The translations under genes were made by a program, and so were the position numbers. A stretch of DNA of 63,962 nt, the filler included, from Saprolegnia diclina VS20 (taxonomy: Eukaryota): assembly GCF_000281045.1 (NCBI RefSeq). It is 11 parts of 3 records of this genome, joined end to end, with 100 filler letters (N's around TTAATTAATTAA, not from the genome) between each part and the next. Parts side by side here need not be neighbours in the genome. Positions count along the whole stretch, not along the records: positions 22,887 to 47,083 come from NW_008246182.1; 10 more parts are not named here. One strand, written 5' to 3'. This document shows, piece by piece, positions 24,083 to 38,368 of the stretch (position 1 is its first letter; each line of letters begins with the position of its first letter). The notes under the pieces are model-generated. The model was not told the DNA's origin and searched no databases. It saw nothing but the letters and a program-made list of their open reading frames with translations.

Positions 24083-24712
24083 CTTTTTCAGTCGTAGGAG
24101 AAAGGAATGAAAAGAACTGAGATTGCCCTTACATTTGGCCTCGGTATAAATTGGTAGCTCCTCACCAGTAAACATGGCTGGCCAATCACGCGCCGCGATT
24201 CCCTCGCCACCAACCAAAAGCATCCAATTCAAAACCTCTCACAATTAATATTTGAGGATCGTGGCCCGGATGCGCATGTTTTTCAGAGGTCCAGCGCTCC
24301 ACGCGCAGCACGCACCACGGCAATGCCCGGTGCGGCGACGTGATGGCGCGTACGCAACAGCTTGGGCAGGTCCGCGTCGGTGTTGGTGCTAACGAGGTTG
24401 AGATCACTTTGTGTGTAGCGACAGGAGCGATGGCGCATGTAAAATTGCGTGTCGTTATCGATGCCAGCACCTGCATGCAAGGTCAAGACAAGAGCATGGC
24501 CGCTATCTGCGCAAAACTTGCGCGCGTAGGGCAGTCGTGACCGTACACAGTGCATCTCGAGAGAGCATACCGCGCGAAATGACGGCCATGTCTCGCTATG
24601 TTGATGAGCGCGATCCGGTGCGGTCTAAAATGGTGTTGGGTGTTTCTAGCCTCAACGATTTCCCTGGCTGCATTTCAAAAGGGCATTTTGTTGGGTGCAC
24701 TTTTTGGCGACC

Positions 24713-26367
<1,655 letters not shown>

Positions 26368-26476
26368 CCCGCCACTTCATTTCCCGCGACTAACGCAGCT
26401 TGCCTTTGCACGTTCAGTGTTTGTGGGTTGCAGACGTCGCCAAAGCACCACGAAGCGATGTGTATCAATAATGCCT

Positions 26477-28610
26477 CTACGACAAACTCGCAGCGAGGAG
26501 CGACACGTGCGCCTTGACGACCTTGGACGTCTGTTCGATCGTGAGACGCGACTTGGCCGCACCGACCCAGTCGGCAACAACCTCGCGGGGGAGACCCGAG
26601 AGCGTGTCAAGCTCCTTCACGGTGGTTTCAATGTCGCCGGCGCGGAGCGCATAGTCGGCGCGCGAGAAAATGGCCTCGGCGTCGTCGCCCTTGATCGGGC
26701 CGCCCGGCGGGATCAAAAGCCAAAGCAGCGCACCCGCAAAGAGGTGGCCGAGCATACCGTGGCACTCGTCCGGCACGAGCGCGGCGCGGCGACCGGCGTT
26801 GCGCACATATGCAAAGCGGTCCTGGAGCTGCGCCACCGACGGCGCACCCTCGGCGAACGGGGCCATCGAGGCGACAGCGACCTCGAGGAGGTGGTCGCCC
26901 TTGCCCGCGGCCGCCAGCGCGCGAATCTACGCACGACACATGAGAGATATTGGGATCCACGCGGCGCGCACCTCGCTGTGGAGCGGCGCGGCGGCTTCGA
27001 TGCGGTCTGTGAGCGCAAGCGCCGCGACCGACACCTTGTGCACTTGGTGGCTAAACGCTTCGTACGTCGACGTTTGGCCCAAGAGCTCGTTCACGGCGCG
27101 GAGCTGGATGCGGAACGACTCGAGTTCCTACAAAGACTCGTGAGACACGTCGTGGTGGACCGAAAGGGTACCTGGAGACGGCTCTCTTGCTCGGCCTGGA
27201 ACTTGGCTTCGAGCTCGTCCGTCTTGGCCGTCACGAGCGCAATGACGTTGCGGTCGGCTTCTTCCTGGACGGCCGACAGCTTCTTGGCGTACTCGGCCTG
27301 GATGAGCGCTTGCTGCTGGTTGACGAGCACGCTGAGCTGCGACTCGTGGTTGGTGCGGAACGCATCGAGCTCGTCACGCGCCGTGCGCGTGAGAATCTGT
27401 AGCCATCGATATGAGCCGAATGCAACAAGACGATCGGAGTGTAGCACCTCTTCCTGGAGGCGCAGCTCGCGCGAGAGGAGCTCCTTGTGGAGCTTGTCCT
27501 GCTGCTGCAACAGTTCCAAGTGCTACGACACCATATATAAGAGGCCACAGAATAGGCGCGTTGAGGTACACACCTTGGCCTGGACATCCTCTTCCATGCG
27601 CTTGAGCGACTCCATGAGGCGCATGGCTTCCCACTTGGTGCGGTGCTTCATCTCGGTGACGAGCTGCGCCACGCGCATGCGGAGCATGTCGGCGTCGAGG
27701 TCCTTGATGCCCGCGAGCATCGACTGGTCGAGCTCCTCGTTCATCGCGTCGGCTTCGGCGCGCGCCTTCTTCAGCACCGTGTTCTAGGGGCACGTCGCTG
27801 TGAGTGAGAGGCTAGATATGGGCAGCAACAGACCTTGGTGGCGGCGAGCGTCTCCTTGGCCTTCTCTTCGAACGTCAGGAGGTCGTTGTTGAGCGCGTCG
27901 ATGACGGCCTTCTCCTTCGCAGACGCTTCGTCGAGCTTCTTCTTGAGCGCCGTCGGAAGCGCGGGCACGACCTCGGCCACGGCAGCCTTGGCCGCCGCCA
28001 CTTGCGCAACGACGGCGGCTTCGGCCTCGACGACCGCCTTCTCGACCTTGGCTTCGGCAGCCTCAACCTTGGCCTCGATCTTGGCTTCGGGCTTGGCTTC
28101 GGTCTTGGCGACGACCGCCTTCTTGGCCGCGACGGCGTCCTTGACAGTCGCCTTCTTGGCAATCGTGACCGCCTCCTTCTTTTCGATCGGCGCCGACTCC
28201 TTCTTCTCGACCGTCTTCTTCTCCGCCACCTTGGGCTTCTCGGCCTCCTTCTTGACCGGCTGCTTCTCGGCCGGCTTGGGCTTGGCGACGACGATCGTCT
28301 CGGGCAGCGCCTGCGTCGGCGGGACCGTCGTGAGCACAAACTCGCGGAACTTGGCCCACGCAACATTGTCCTTGACCGCGTCTGGGTTGAAGGTCGGGTT
28401 CTGCTTGATGTACGCGCCCCACCCAATCGTCGTCGTCACGGTCGCGAAGAGGACGCCATAGACCGCGTTGCCGCTGCCGGGCGCGGGCTGCGGGACGGCC
28501 TTGGGCATCGGCGCGGCCGGCTTCGGCGGCGTCGGCGGCGTGGCCTTGGGCGCGGCCGTGCTGGCGGCGCGAGTCAGGCGCGCGCTCTTCGAGCTCAGTT
28601 GACGCCACAT
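26477..28610 (-). CDS. MICOS subunit Mic60 / mitofilin
   Basis: Mitochondrial presequence-like MWRQLSSKSARLTR, single TM, long coiled coil, and C-terminal mitofilin domain (IFSRADYALRAGDIETTVKELDTLSGLPREVVADWVGAAKSRL). Confidence 0.88.
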
Positions 28611-29973
28611 ATCGATCGCAAAGTGTGGCGAAGGTTTAGTAGACGTGCGGCGCGCCAAGTTTCATTGGCCAAAATCCTGCAATTTCCAATCGACCGGATG
28701 CTGGTGGCAGCGTATCCGGACTAGACCACGACCACGATGCTCGACGATGGACGATGACGATGCGCCTCCAACGCTGACCACGCAGAGCCCACGCGCCGCC
28801 TATGTGGCACGCGACTAGCATCTCATGCGGAACGAACGCCATAGCGAGCCGCTGCTTTGCGCAGTATGGAGCTACACATCGCCGAGGTATGCTGATGGGG
28901 ACAGCTCACGACGCCGGGTCGCATGGATGGCCGACGGCCACCGTTGCATAAACGCGGCCGCTCGGTGGTGCAGTCGCCATGCACGTGCATACGAGCAGGC
29001 GTAGGTCAAGGGATGTTGTTGCGACCATGAACGACCGTACTTGGCATCATCGCTGGGCACAACAGGCGAGCGCAAGTCTGACAAGCACCGACGAGACGGT
29101 GATGATGCCAACGCCAATGGGCTGGATAGAGAAGGAAGGGACAACATCTACGGGCTCGAACCCCGCACCTCCTGCGTGTGAAGCAGGAATCCACCGAGTG
29201 GACAAAAGGTGGCCGACGGACAATGCACCGCCAATTCGAGTATGGTGAACACCGCCGGATCAGCGCACCCTCAGTGTTGATAGCAGGCGTAGAGCATGGT
29301 TGTCCCGAGGCGCTTACACCCTACACGACGCGACCTGCGCATTGGCAGGGTCGCACAGGATCCCTTGCCATGAAGGAGCATCGAACGACTGAGCTTGTCC
29401 ACCATGTCTGCCAACCACAGAGTCGAGTGCGCTGGGCTATGCGCTCGGCAAACACGCGTACCGGTAGTGCGGCACGACGCTGTTGCGATAGCTCCACGCG
29501 ACCACAGACTGCCCTCCACGCGACACGAAAGCTTTCACCATCAGCCATCCTGCATGGCTACAGCGTGCATCCTCTTCCTCTTTCGGAGCACAAGGGCTCT
29601 GGTGCGCTGCCACAGGCGCCATGGCCGTGCCAATGCTCGACCTGGCATGGACCAGGAGCACCGTTCCCGCCTAGGGGTCGCCTGGCACCAAGCGCGGACG
29701 TACGACGCTGGTATGTCTCGCGGCTACAGGCATGCGTACGCGGGCGAAGGCCCTTGGCCATGGCTGGGCGGCAGCGTCGTGCGCTCCCTGTCCGTGCTCG
29801 CCTGTCTACTGCGAAATGATGACGCAATCATGCGGCGTTGCATACTGTTTCGCATGAATTTTATTTCGCATACAAACCTCAAGTACAACCCAATGCTTTT
29901 TATAGTATGGGCGTCGCTGCCGGACCTCTTTCGCCGGTGGCAGAGCCCATTTTCCATCGTCGGCAGCAGCACA

Positions 29974-30183
29974 ATGATCTCGTTCGTCGCCCGGCAGTAC
30001 AACTGGTACAAGCTCGAGTTTGGCCTGACGCTCCTCTCGCAGTGGGAAGTCCTCGTCTTCAGTACGTCCGTCTCCAACCTCTCTTCTTGACGACTAACGA
30101 CGCTTGTACTAGACTCGGTGGTCCTTCTCGTGCTCAGCGCGCTTGTCTACTACAGCGCGCAGGCCGTCGGCGCCATTCTGTAA
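29974..30183 (+). CDS. Serine palmitoyltransferase small subunit (ssSPT), 52 aa
   Basis: Exons 29974-30061 and 30113-30183 (intron has a CTAAC branch point) give MISFVARQYNWYKLEFGLTLLSQWEVLVFNSVVLLVLSALVYYSAQAVGAIL*, matching the ssSPT Y..xFGL.xL..WE..xFN pattern. Confidence 0.8.
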
Positions 30184-30681
30184 TCCCTCATTTAATACGA
30201 CACACAGTGCTATGCATAAACGGTGGACAGGTCGCAGAGATCGCGGCCAAGGACAATGGCAATCTTCGCACGCGTTATCGCCCAACGTAGCCGACGCTCG
30301 ACACGACGACAACGTCGCCATCCTTGTCACCCAACGAGCGCGTTTCGACCTGTTGCATTGCATGGGCTTTCGCCCGAGGCGCACACCGAACGTGTACCAA
30401 GCGTACGTGGCACGCTGCTGGGCAGGCCAGACCTAAGCACAGACTAGTACATGTACGCGAGGACGGGCAGCTCGCATCCCAAACATCCTGCGGCCACGAC
30501 TTGCTGGTCGCCGGCAGCGACGACGATCAAGCGCAACAACGGAGATGGGAAGATCGTTCGCGTCATAACCGCTGCCAGATTTAGCCTCGACCTCATTTCG
30601 TACACTATCCTCCGGGCGACATGAGCGATGAGATGATGGACTGCGATGACTTTGAGAGTAGGCCACCATTCTGTCTGCGTC

Positions 30682-31616
30682 ATGACCACTATATATGATA
30701 TAGAGACGGTCAAGGTCATCGTGCTCGGCAACGGCAATGTGGGCAAGACAAGCTTGACGACGCAGTACGCCAAAGGTCGCTTCACGAGCTCGTACAAGAA
30801 GACGATTGGCGTCGACTTTATGGAGCGCACGGTCAACGTCGACGGCGACGACGTCCAGCTCATGATCTGGGACACGGCCGGCCAAGAAGAGTTTGACGCG
30901 CTCACGTCGCGCTACTACAAGGGCGCGGGCGCCGCCGTGTACGTCTTCTCGACGACCGACCGCGCGTCGTTTGAAGCACTGCCGTCCTGGCAGCAAAAGG
31001 TGTTTGACGAGTGCGGCCGGTCGCTCACCCAAGTGCTTGTCCAAAACAAAATCGACCTTATCGACGACGCCGCCATGACCACGTTTGACTTCGTCGCAAC
31101 CTTCCGCTCCGCTCATGCATATCGCGTAGAGACGAAGTCGATGCCATGAAGGACCGACTCCGCGTTCGCCTCTTCAAGACGTGCGTCCAAGCAAATCTCA
31201 ATGTCGAAACCATCTTTGAACACATTGTGCGGCGGTACCTCCGGAAAGGCCAGGACCATGTCGCGCCTGTCGCTGACATTGCGACGCTCACGTCCGAGGT
31301 CCAGCAGTCGTCCAAGAAGAGCATCGCGCTCCAAGAGGCCAAGACAAAGGAGACCAATAACGCCAAAGCCCGACACCAAATGAAGCCGACGACGACGATG
31401 AAGAAGAAATCGAGCGAGAAGCTGCGCATGGAAGAGGCCGAGTTTGACGACATTACGACAGCCGACCGCGCCGCGTCCGAGGATAATGACGACGAGACGC
31501 CACATGCACCGGTGAAGGCGGTCGTGAGCGACACGAACGACCCGCCACGACCACTCGCGCCGTCCAAGCAGCGAACCAACGGTAAGAAGACGCGTGCCGG
31601 CTGCGTCGTGTCGTGA
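30682..31616 (+). CDS. RAB23: Rab23-like small GTPase
   Basis: GNGNVGKTS, YKKTIGVDF (Rab23 signature), WDTAGQEEFD, NKID; one intron at ~31083-31128; C-terminal CAAX CVVS*. Confidence 0.85.
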
Positions 31617-31840
31617 TACACAATGTACTAACCGTAACAAGCATGAAGTACCCAACTTTTATCGACAATTGCGTCTGCCACAGCGTGTCGTTCGTCTTCC
31701 AGTGAGTCGATGATTGGTACAGCAGCGACCGAGTAGTAGAACAATGCGTTGGGGCAAGACCTTATCCCAAATGTGATGATGAGCGAATAGTGGCTGATGT
31801 GAAAACTAGGAGCAGTACGCCCTCTAAATTTAGTCGAAAT

Positions 31841-34549
31841 ATGAGCGACGATCCGGACGACTTCCGCGCGAGCAACTCGACGGTGCTCATCCCGCTTGCG
31901 TACATTGAGATCAGCGAAGATGTCGACGCGTATGTGGCACTGCAGCGCATGCGCGACGCCAAAGCGATGGCGCAAGAGGCGCGAAGCATGGCGTGGGAAG
32001 ACTTTTTTGCCAAGCGCTGGAACGGCGACGAGCGTGCTGCGTCCAAGAAGGCGGCGGCGAACCTCGCGCGCCAGATTGAAGCGCTCTCCAAGGTACTGTA
32101 GTCCTCTGTTTTCCTATCGTCGTTTCTACCTTGCTCTCTACATATTCGTATTAGCACCAAGCCGCGTCCAGCAATTTCGAGCTATGGAACATGGCGCTCG
32201 ACTCCAAGTACTATGAGTATATTCGGTACGCGCTCCGGGACGGCGCCGAGATTCCACGAAGCATGCTCTTGAGCAACATCAGCAACGACGGCGTGACACC
32301 GCTCGTCAAGGCGTGCATGCTGACCGACTTGACGCTGCTGCGCCTCTTGCTCGAGGCGGGCGCGGACCCATCGGCCAAATACCCAAGTAGCACCAACCCG
32401 TACATGCAGGTATATCAACTTCCATTCGTCACAGCACGCACAATATGACAATCTTATCCAGTCGATGTACCGTGCGGCCCTCAAAAATGTCCAAATCTTT
32501 GACCTCTTGGTGGCCCACGGCGCGTCGTCGCTCGACACCGAGCTGCAGTACGTCAACGACGACGGCAAGTCGCTCTTGCATTTGGCGGCGGAAGGCGGTC
32601 ACGTTGACGTATTGCGTCGGCTTCTCGAACACGATATGACGCGCCACTTTGCACATACACTGACGTCTCTCGGGTACCCACTGTCGATGTTTCCAAGCGT
32701 TTGATGTCGTATTTGCGTCGTATTTGTATCGTATTTGCGTCGTATTTGTATCGTATTTGTGTCTTATTGGACGCCTTTTTCATGACTCATGCGCTGTTTG
32801 GGGTTAGGCAAACGCCGCTGCACTTGGCGGTTCTTGGAAGCTACACGCGCTGTGTACGCGTCTTGCTCAAAGCGATGACACCCGAGAGCATCACGGTGTT
32901 CGATTTGAATGGCCACAACGCTTTGCACCTCGCCCTCAAGCACGAGAGCACGTTTTTCCACCTCGAGTCGCTCATTGACGCCTTTATCACTGCGTACGTC
33001 GTCGTCACAAGAGGGACATAGAATTGAGACCGTGTAGCGGACCGCCGGGCTTGTTCGAGTCGATGGACGCGAATGGCTGCACCGTCCTGCACCTCGCAAT
33101 GGGCCAAAATCTCGAAAAGATTGCGCTGCAGCTCATGCGATACGGCAAGACGCCGTTGAATGTATGCAACAAAAGCGGCTTGACCGTGCTGCACATTGCG
33201 GTTGGGCTTCGGAACCACCGCCTCATCCAAGCGCTCATCGACTGCAACGTCATGGTCGATGTGGTCGACGATTTGGGGCAAACGCCATTGCTCATGGCTT
33301 CGCTCCTCGCCGACACGGTACGCGGCATCTTCATCTCGAACGCCCTTAACAAGAGCGTAGGAAACGATTAAACTGCTTTTGGCGGCCGGTGCCGACCCTG
33401 CGTGTCAGAACCGTGAGGGCCACACGTCGTTGCACTACCTCGCGACGTACTGCCGCGACGATGTGCCCATGCGTCTCTTGATCAAGAAGGGCATTGGCGT
33501 GAACGCGCGGTCGGGCAAAGGCAACATACCATTGCACTTGGCCGCCATGAAAGGCAACGAGGTCTTTTATTTTTATTTTTATTTAGGATGTGCATTTTCG
33601 CATTTTTCGGGGGTTTATAGACCAATGGGAGATTGACGGTTTGCGCTAGATTGCAGCGCGCGTCTTGCTCGAGTACGGCGCCGACCTCTCGCTTCTGAAC
33701 GAAGACAAGCGCAACGCGGTGTTTCTTGCTCGGCAATGGGGGTATCACCTTTTGTTCAAAAACGAGATGACTATAGTGCCGTGGTGTAGACACACGGCGC
33801 TCGAAGCCTACTTCAACGACTTGCTCAAGGAAGACGAACCCATGCCGACGCCGCCCATTTCGATCGAGACGGCGTCAGCAATTGCCTCCAAGCTCCTTCG
33901 CCGTTCCAAGGAAGCCAAGACGCAGGTGCACATCAAGCACATGGCCAAGTCACCAAAGCGATCGCCGACGGGCAAGGCCCACCACGGGCGGCTGCCGTTG
34001 CCACCGCTCTCACTTGACGAGCCGTCGTCGAGCCGCTCGAGTGCCCTTGCCGAGCCCGCGACCGAACCGACGGACGATCTCGTGCTGGAAACCATGATCG
34101 AGACGGACTGGGAGCACATGTCGATAAGCGGGGACTCGACCTTGTCCGAGCCAATCGAGCCACCGGCGCCGTACAAGGTGTGCCTCACACCCTTTGTAAA
34201 GCGGCAACTCGACGCCGCAAGCGACATTCGGCCACTACGGAGCGACGTGCAAGAGCTACTGCGGCACAACCAGCCACTTGCGCCGTTGCGCGAACACATT
34301 CGCACGAAAAGCACGCTGCAAGCCCCCGGCGGCGTGCACATTCCGTGGCACTTGACCGTGCCCACGGGCGGCGTCTCGCTCGAGCGCAAGTTCAAACCAT
34401 CGACAAAGCACCAAGTGCACCCGCACTACAAGGTGCCACGGAGCATTCACGACGTGCGAGCCGAGATTGCCAACGCGCGAACTTTCTTTTGGCAAGAGAG
34501 CGCGGTGAAGCGGCGGTCCCGGCATGATTTACATCCGCTTTCGCGATGA
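31841..34549 (+). CDS. Ankyrin-repeat protein with disordered C-terminus, multi-exon
   Basis: Repeated GxTPLHLA-type motifs (GVTPLVKA, GKSLLHLAA, QTPLHLA, GCTVLHLA, GLTVLHIA, GHTSLHYLA, GNIPLHLAA). Confidence 0.85.
32707..32763. repeat. Intronic 11-bp tandem repeat (TCGTATTTGYR) x5
   Basis: tcgtatttgcg tcgtatttgta tcgtatttgcg tcgtatttgta tcgtatttgtg. Confidence 0.9.
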
Positions 34550-34777
34550 CGTATTTGAATCGGAGAACCTCAAGCGTCCTGCGCTATCCTGTTGCATTGT
34601 TTTAGTTGAAAGGTTATGTCTCGTTTGGTGACTGCCACCTGAATGGTGTCGTTTGTCAAAAGTGGCATTGGCCGTGGGTTGAAAAGGAAAATAATGTTGA
34701 TATCTAAAAACGCGGCGCCCAATTAGTGTGCACCGAGCTATGGACAATATTGACGAGCTTAGTAGAGTAATGCATTG

Positions 34778-35609
34778 TCAGGTAAGCTTGTCTACAAAGC
34801 GCAGCAAAAGCTGCGTCATTACTTTTTGCTGCTCGAGGATGAGCTCCTGGAAGGTGCGCTGCTGCTCAACAAGTTCTTGGAAGCTGCGATGCTGCTCCAA
34901 CATGGTTTGCTGAAAGTCAAGCTGGCGCTGCTCCAACGCCAGGCGTCGTTTTTTGGTTGCTGTTGCTTCGTCTTGCTCCATCGCGTGCAGGCGGAGGATC
35001 TCTTGTAGGTAGCTGTTGGCGTCGACCTTGCGGTTGGGCGGACAACTACGTTCGTGGACCTCTTCGCCTTCTTCGTTCGAGCCGGCCGACGCAAGGGCAG
35101 CGTCGCGAGACAAAATTCGGTCGACCTCGTTGCGCTGGGTCGCGATCTCGACATGGCGCGTCTTCCGCTTGCCCGTTGCGCCCTCTCGAACAAGTTCGTG
35201 GTACTCCATCAAAAGTGTGGTCTTCTCGTCCACCGGGTCCTTGTCACCTAAACATAGTATGACCAATGGACGAAAATATAGCTAGAAAAGGGCTACCAAC
35301 TGCTATCGGCGAGGACCGGTCTAGAAACGTCTTGTATATGGTCTTGAGGCGTTGGATGAGGCTATGCTGGGAGACGTCGATTCCTTCGTCGTAAAGGCAC
35401 TGGTGAATAGAGCGCCACTGGGCGGCAGGCTTGGCTCCGGCAACGAAGAGACCTTGGTCGCCGAGGACTTGTTGAAGGAGGCGGATATCGTCCGCTTCCC
35501 TGTAGACATACCGCGTCTTTCGCTCCTTCTTGACGTCGTCCGCCGAGACGACACGCGATTCGATTTCGCTGCTCTCCTCCGCGGTCGACGTCTCGGGGTG
35601 CGCTGGCAT
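34778..35609 (-). CDS. Myb/SANT-like DNA-binding protein with C-terminal coiled coil
   Basis: RYVYREADDIRLLQQV..AAQWRSIHQCL..SLIQRLKTIYK, followed after one intron by a Q/E-rich coiled coil. Confidence 0.65.
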
Positions 35610-36304
35610 GTTGTACGATCGACTTGAAGAATGTCCGACGACAATGATACTAGTTAGCGCCATGACGACCAACGATTTTTTCCCGCGGAACTGCATATGC
35701 TGTTAGGGATATTCCTTGCCAGGATATCGATTGTCTGCAGTTTCTTCACGGCATTTCGGCTCATTTTTGACGGATCGGCCACTCGATTTTATGGGAGAGG
35801 ATGCTTTCTTACAGGTTCCTGCGAGAGTCGATCGCGATAGTATAATTTGTCGTATAATTTCGAATTTCGCAACCCGTCGACGGAAGTGGATTATACTTTG
35901 GATGTCACGAGTGATATCTGATAGCGCGCCATGCGGCGTTATGATGAGTCGTCGGTTTTCCCTCCTGTTTACCCCTCGACTTGACTAACCAAGTCTCTAT
36001 AAACTGCAGCAAAGGATAACAAAAAGAATGGCAAAATGGATATTAGGTGGTAAAACGAACAAAACGACAATTTGATTCCCGCAAATGTAAATATCATCTA
36101 TTGCACACATCTTGCACTTGTAAGAGCCTCCGTGGTGTGGGTGCAACGGGGCAGCCAGCGTATTTTAGACCCGAGAAACGATATCAAATAAGTAGCTAGT
36201 AGGATGGGCCGATCCTCTTTCATCTCCCCTAGGCCACTTGGCACCGGTTCCGTACTTGTCGGATGGTCAACGACCTTTCGTAATGCTGTAGTATTCTTAG
36301 TGAT

Positions 36305-37992
36305 CTACTCGGCGCTTTTCGGTGGCGTCGCAAACAGCTGCAAAGTGCCGTGTTGGGCAGTCGTCGCGACGCCATCGAGCTTGGTCTGCATCGTCTTGTC
36401 CCAGAGGAGTGACGAACGCGGGTCACCGCGCGACGTGCGAATGGAGTGGAGCTCCTTGAGCTCGGTCGTGGGCGGCGTCGTGAGCACGAGCAGCATCGAC
36501 GCCGGTGGCATGTCTGCGCGAACGGACGCGACAAGAGCGGATACGGCGGCCGCATCGAATTCGGTCGGCAGCGCAGCGCGGGCCCATGTAAAGTGCGGCG
36601 CACAGCCCGTCGTAAGCTGCTGCTTGACGATATGGACAACCTTGTCGAGCGTCGGGCACGGAATGGCGCCGGCTGTGCTTCCGGCGAGGGACCGGCACGC
36701 GCTCGCCGAGTCGACAATCAACGCCGACTTTTTGCGTTTCGCGAGCTCGCTCACGAGCTTTCGCGACGCGTGCTGCTTGGCGTGTGTGCCTGGAAAGCCC
36801 GGGCCTTTTTCGATTTTGAGCTATTGAGATTCAGTTTTGAGATTTGATTTGCCAGCAGAAGGGTGCGCACCTGCGCCAGCTTCATCGTGCACGTCGCGTC
36901 CTCGATACTGCAGTGTCCCGATGCATCGTTTTGAATTTGGAGTTTGAGGTACGTGGCCGTCAAGAAGCGCAGCGCCGACCTAATCAACGTTGAGAAAACC
37001 CTCGAAAATAATAAAAAATACAGCGGACCGGAACGGCGGGCCCTTGGGGTGCGGGTACAAGAGCGACGTGTCCAAGACGCGGCGGTGGAGCAAGCGCAGC
37101 GCCAAGAGGTCGTTCTCGATCGAATGGCCGACGAGAATCGTGTCGGCGTCCACGAGGGCGAGGACCTTGGCCTGAATCTATGTCTCGCCAATAAGAAGTC
37201 GTTTGCGGATAAGAAGTACGCTACATCGGCAAGGGTGTTGGTGCAGCCTTCCAACGTTTCCTTTGTGATGCCCGAATACTGCGTGCAATAATCGACAATC
37301 CGACATTCGGGCAAAACAAACGCGTCCAAGAGCACCTAATTCCCAAAAAGTCAGTTTGCTGTACGACAAAACAACATATATACCTTGTACTCTTCGTCAA
37401 CAATCGAGATGCGCGTGAGCTCGACACCGCGCGTTGTCTTGCACATTTCGCAGTCGAGCGCCAGCATCCGCTGCGATGAGGACGGCGAGGTCGCTGGCGC
37501 CGTCGCGACAAACGCGGTCCCGTCGTCCGCGACCTTGGTGTCGAACGGTAGCGCCCGAAAGTACTCAGCGATTTCATCGTCTGACGCCACGTAGAACGCT
37601 GGGCCCATTTCTTCTTCGGCCTTCTTGAGCTTCTTGATCTTCTTCTTGACCAGCTTTTTTTGCATCTTCTTCGCCGCTTCCTGGTCGAGCTTGGTCGTCG
37701 GCGTGTACAGCAGCGTGGCGTCGACCTTGGGGATTGCGTCGCCGTCGGCGAGGCGCACACCAAACTGAAGGCTATCGGCCGGCGCCGCGGCTACGATGGA
37801 AGGTGCGGCGTCGGTGAGCACAAGCATGACGAGGTATTGCATGGCATCGATGTTGCTGTCGAGGAAGAGGTCGAGGACCATGTCCCGGACGAGAGCGAGC
37901 GAGGGCTTGTCGGCGCTAGCGCCATCGGCGACCAAGACCTCGAACGGCTCGAGGAGACTCGGGCTCGTAGTCGTTGCCTTGCGCTTCCCCAT
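36305..37992 (-). CDS. DEDDh RNA exonuclease (REX1/REXO1-like), multi-exon
   Basis: ALDCEMC, IVDYCTQYSGIT, ILVGHSIENDL, DTSLLY, ALRFLTATYL and GHCSIEDA motifs. Confidence 0.9.
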
Positions 37993-38368
37993 GGTGCTGA
38001 AAATGCGAATTTGATTTTGATTGGTGCATCCTGCCGCGCATCCTCACTTCTGATTGGTGCATCGTCGTGGGCACGCACGCCAATCAACTGGTGTGATGTT
38101 GGACACTATTGTCGGAGATGCACCGACAATATGAATACTACGTAGAGTATCACGACAACGGTAACATAGAATACTACAAAGTCCACGAATTGGGTGATGA
38201 ATGAGAACAGCCCTGTCAACTTTATCTCAAAAATAAGAGAATTCGGGCCGTCGTGCTCCAACGCATCGCCCAAGACAACTTGCCAGCTACGATAGGCAAT
38301 GTGTCGGCTACGACCGAGAGCTGCGGCAAAAACGACTGGGTTGCTACTTGATTTCTACAGTGGACAAG

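Noticed and set aside
28700..29850. Coding-like GC-rich stretch with several overlapping ORFs (also 22887-23470 and 30200-30600)
   Set aside because: No consistent frame, splice model or recognisable domain; possibly decayed genes, but unsupported.
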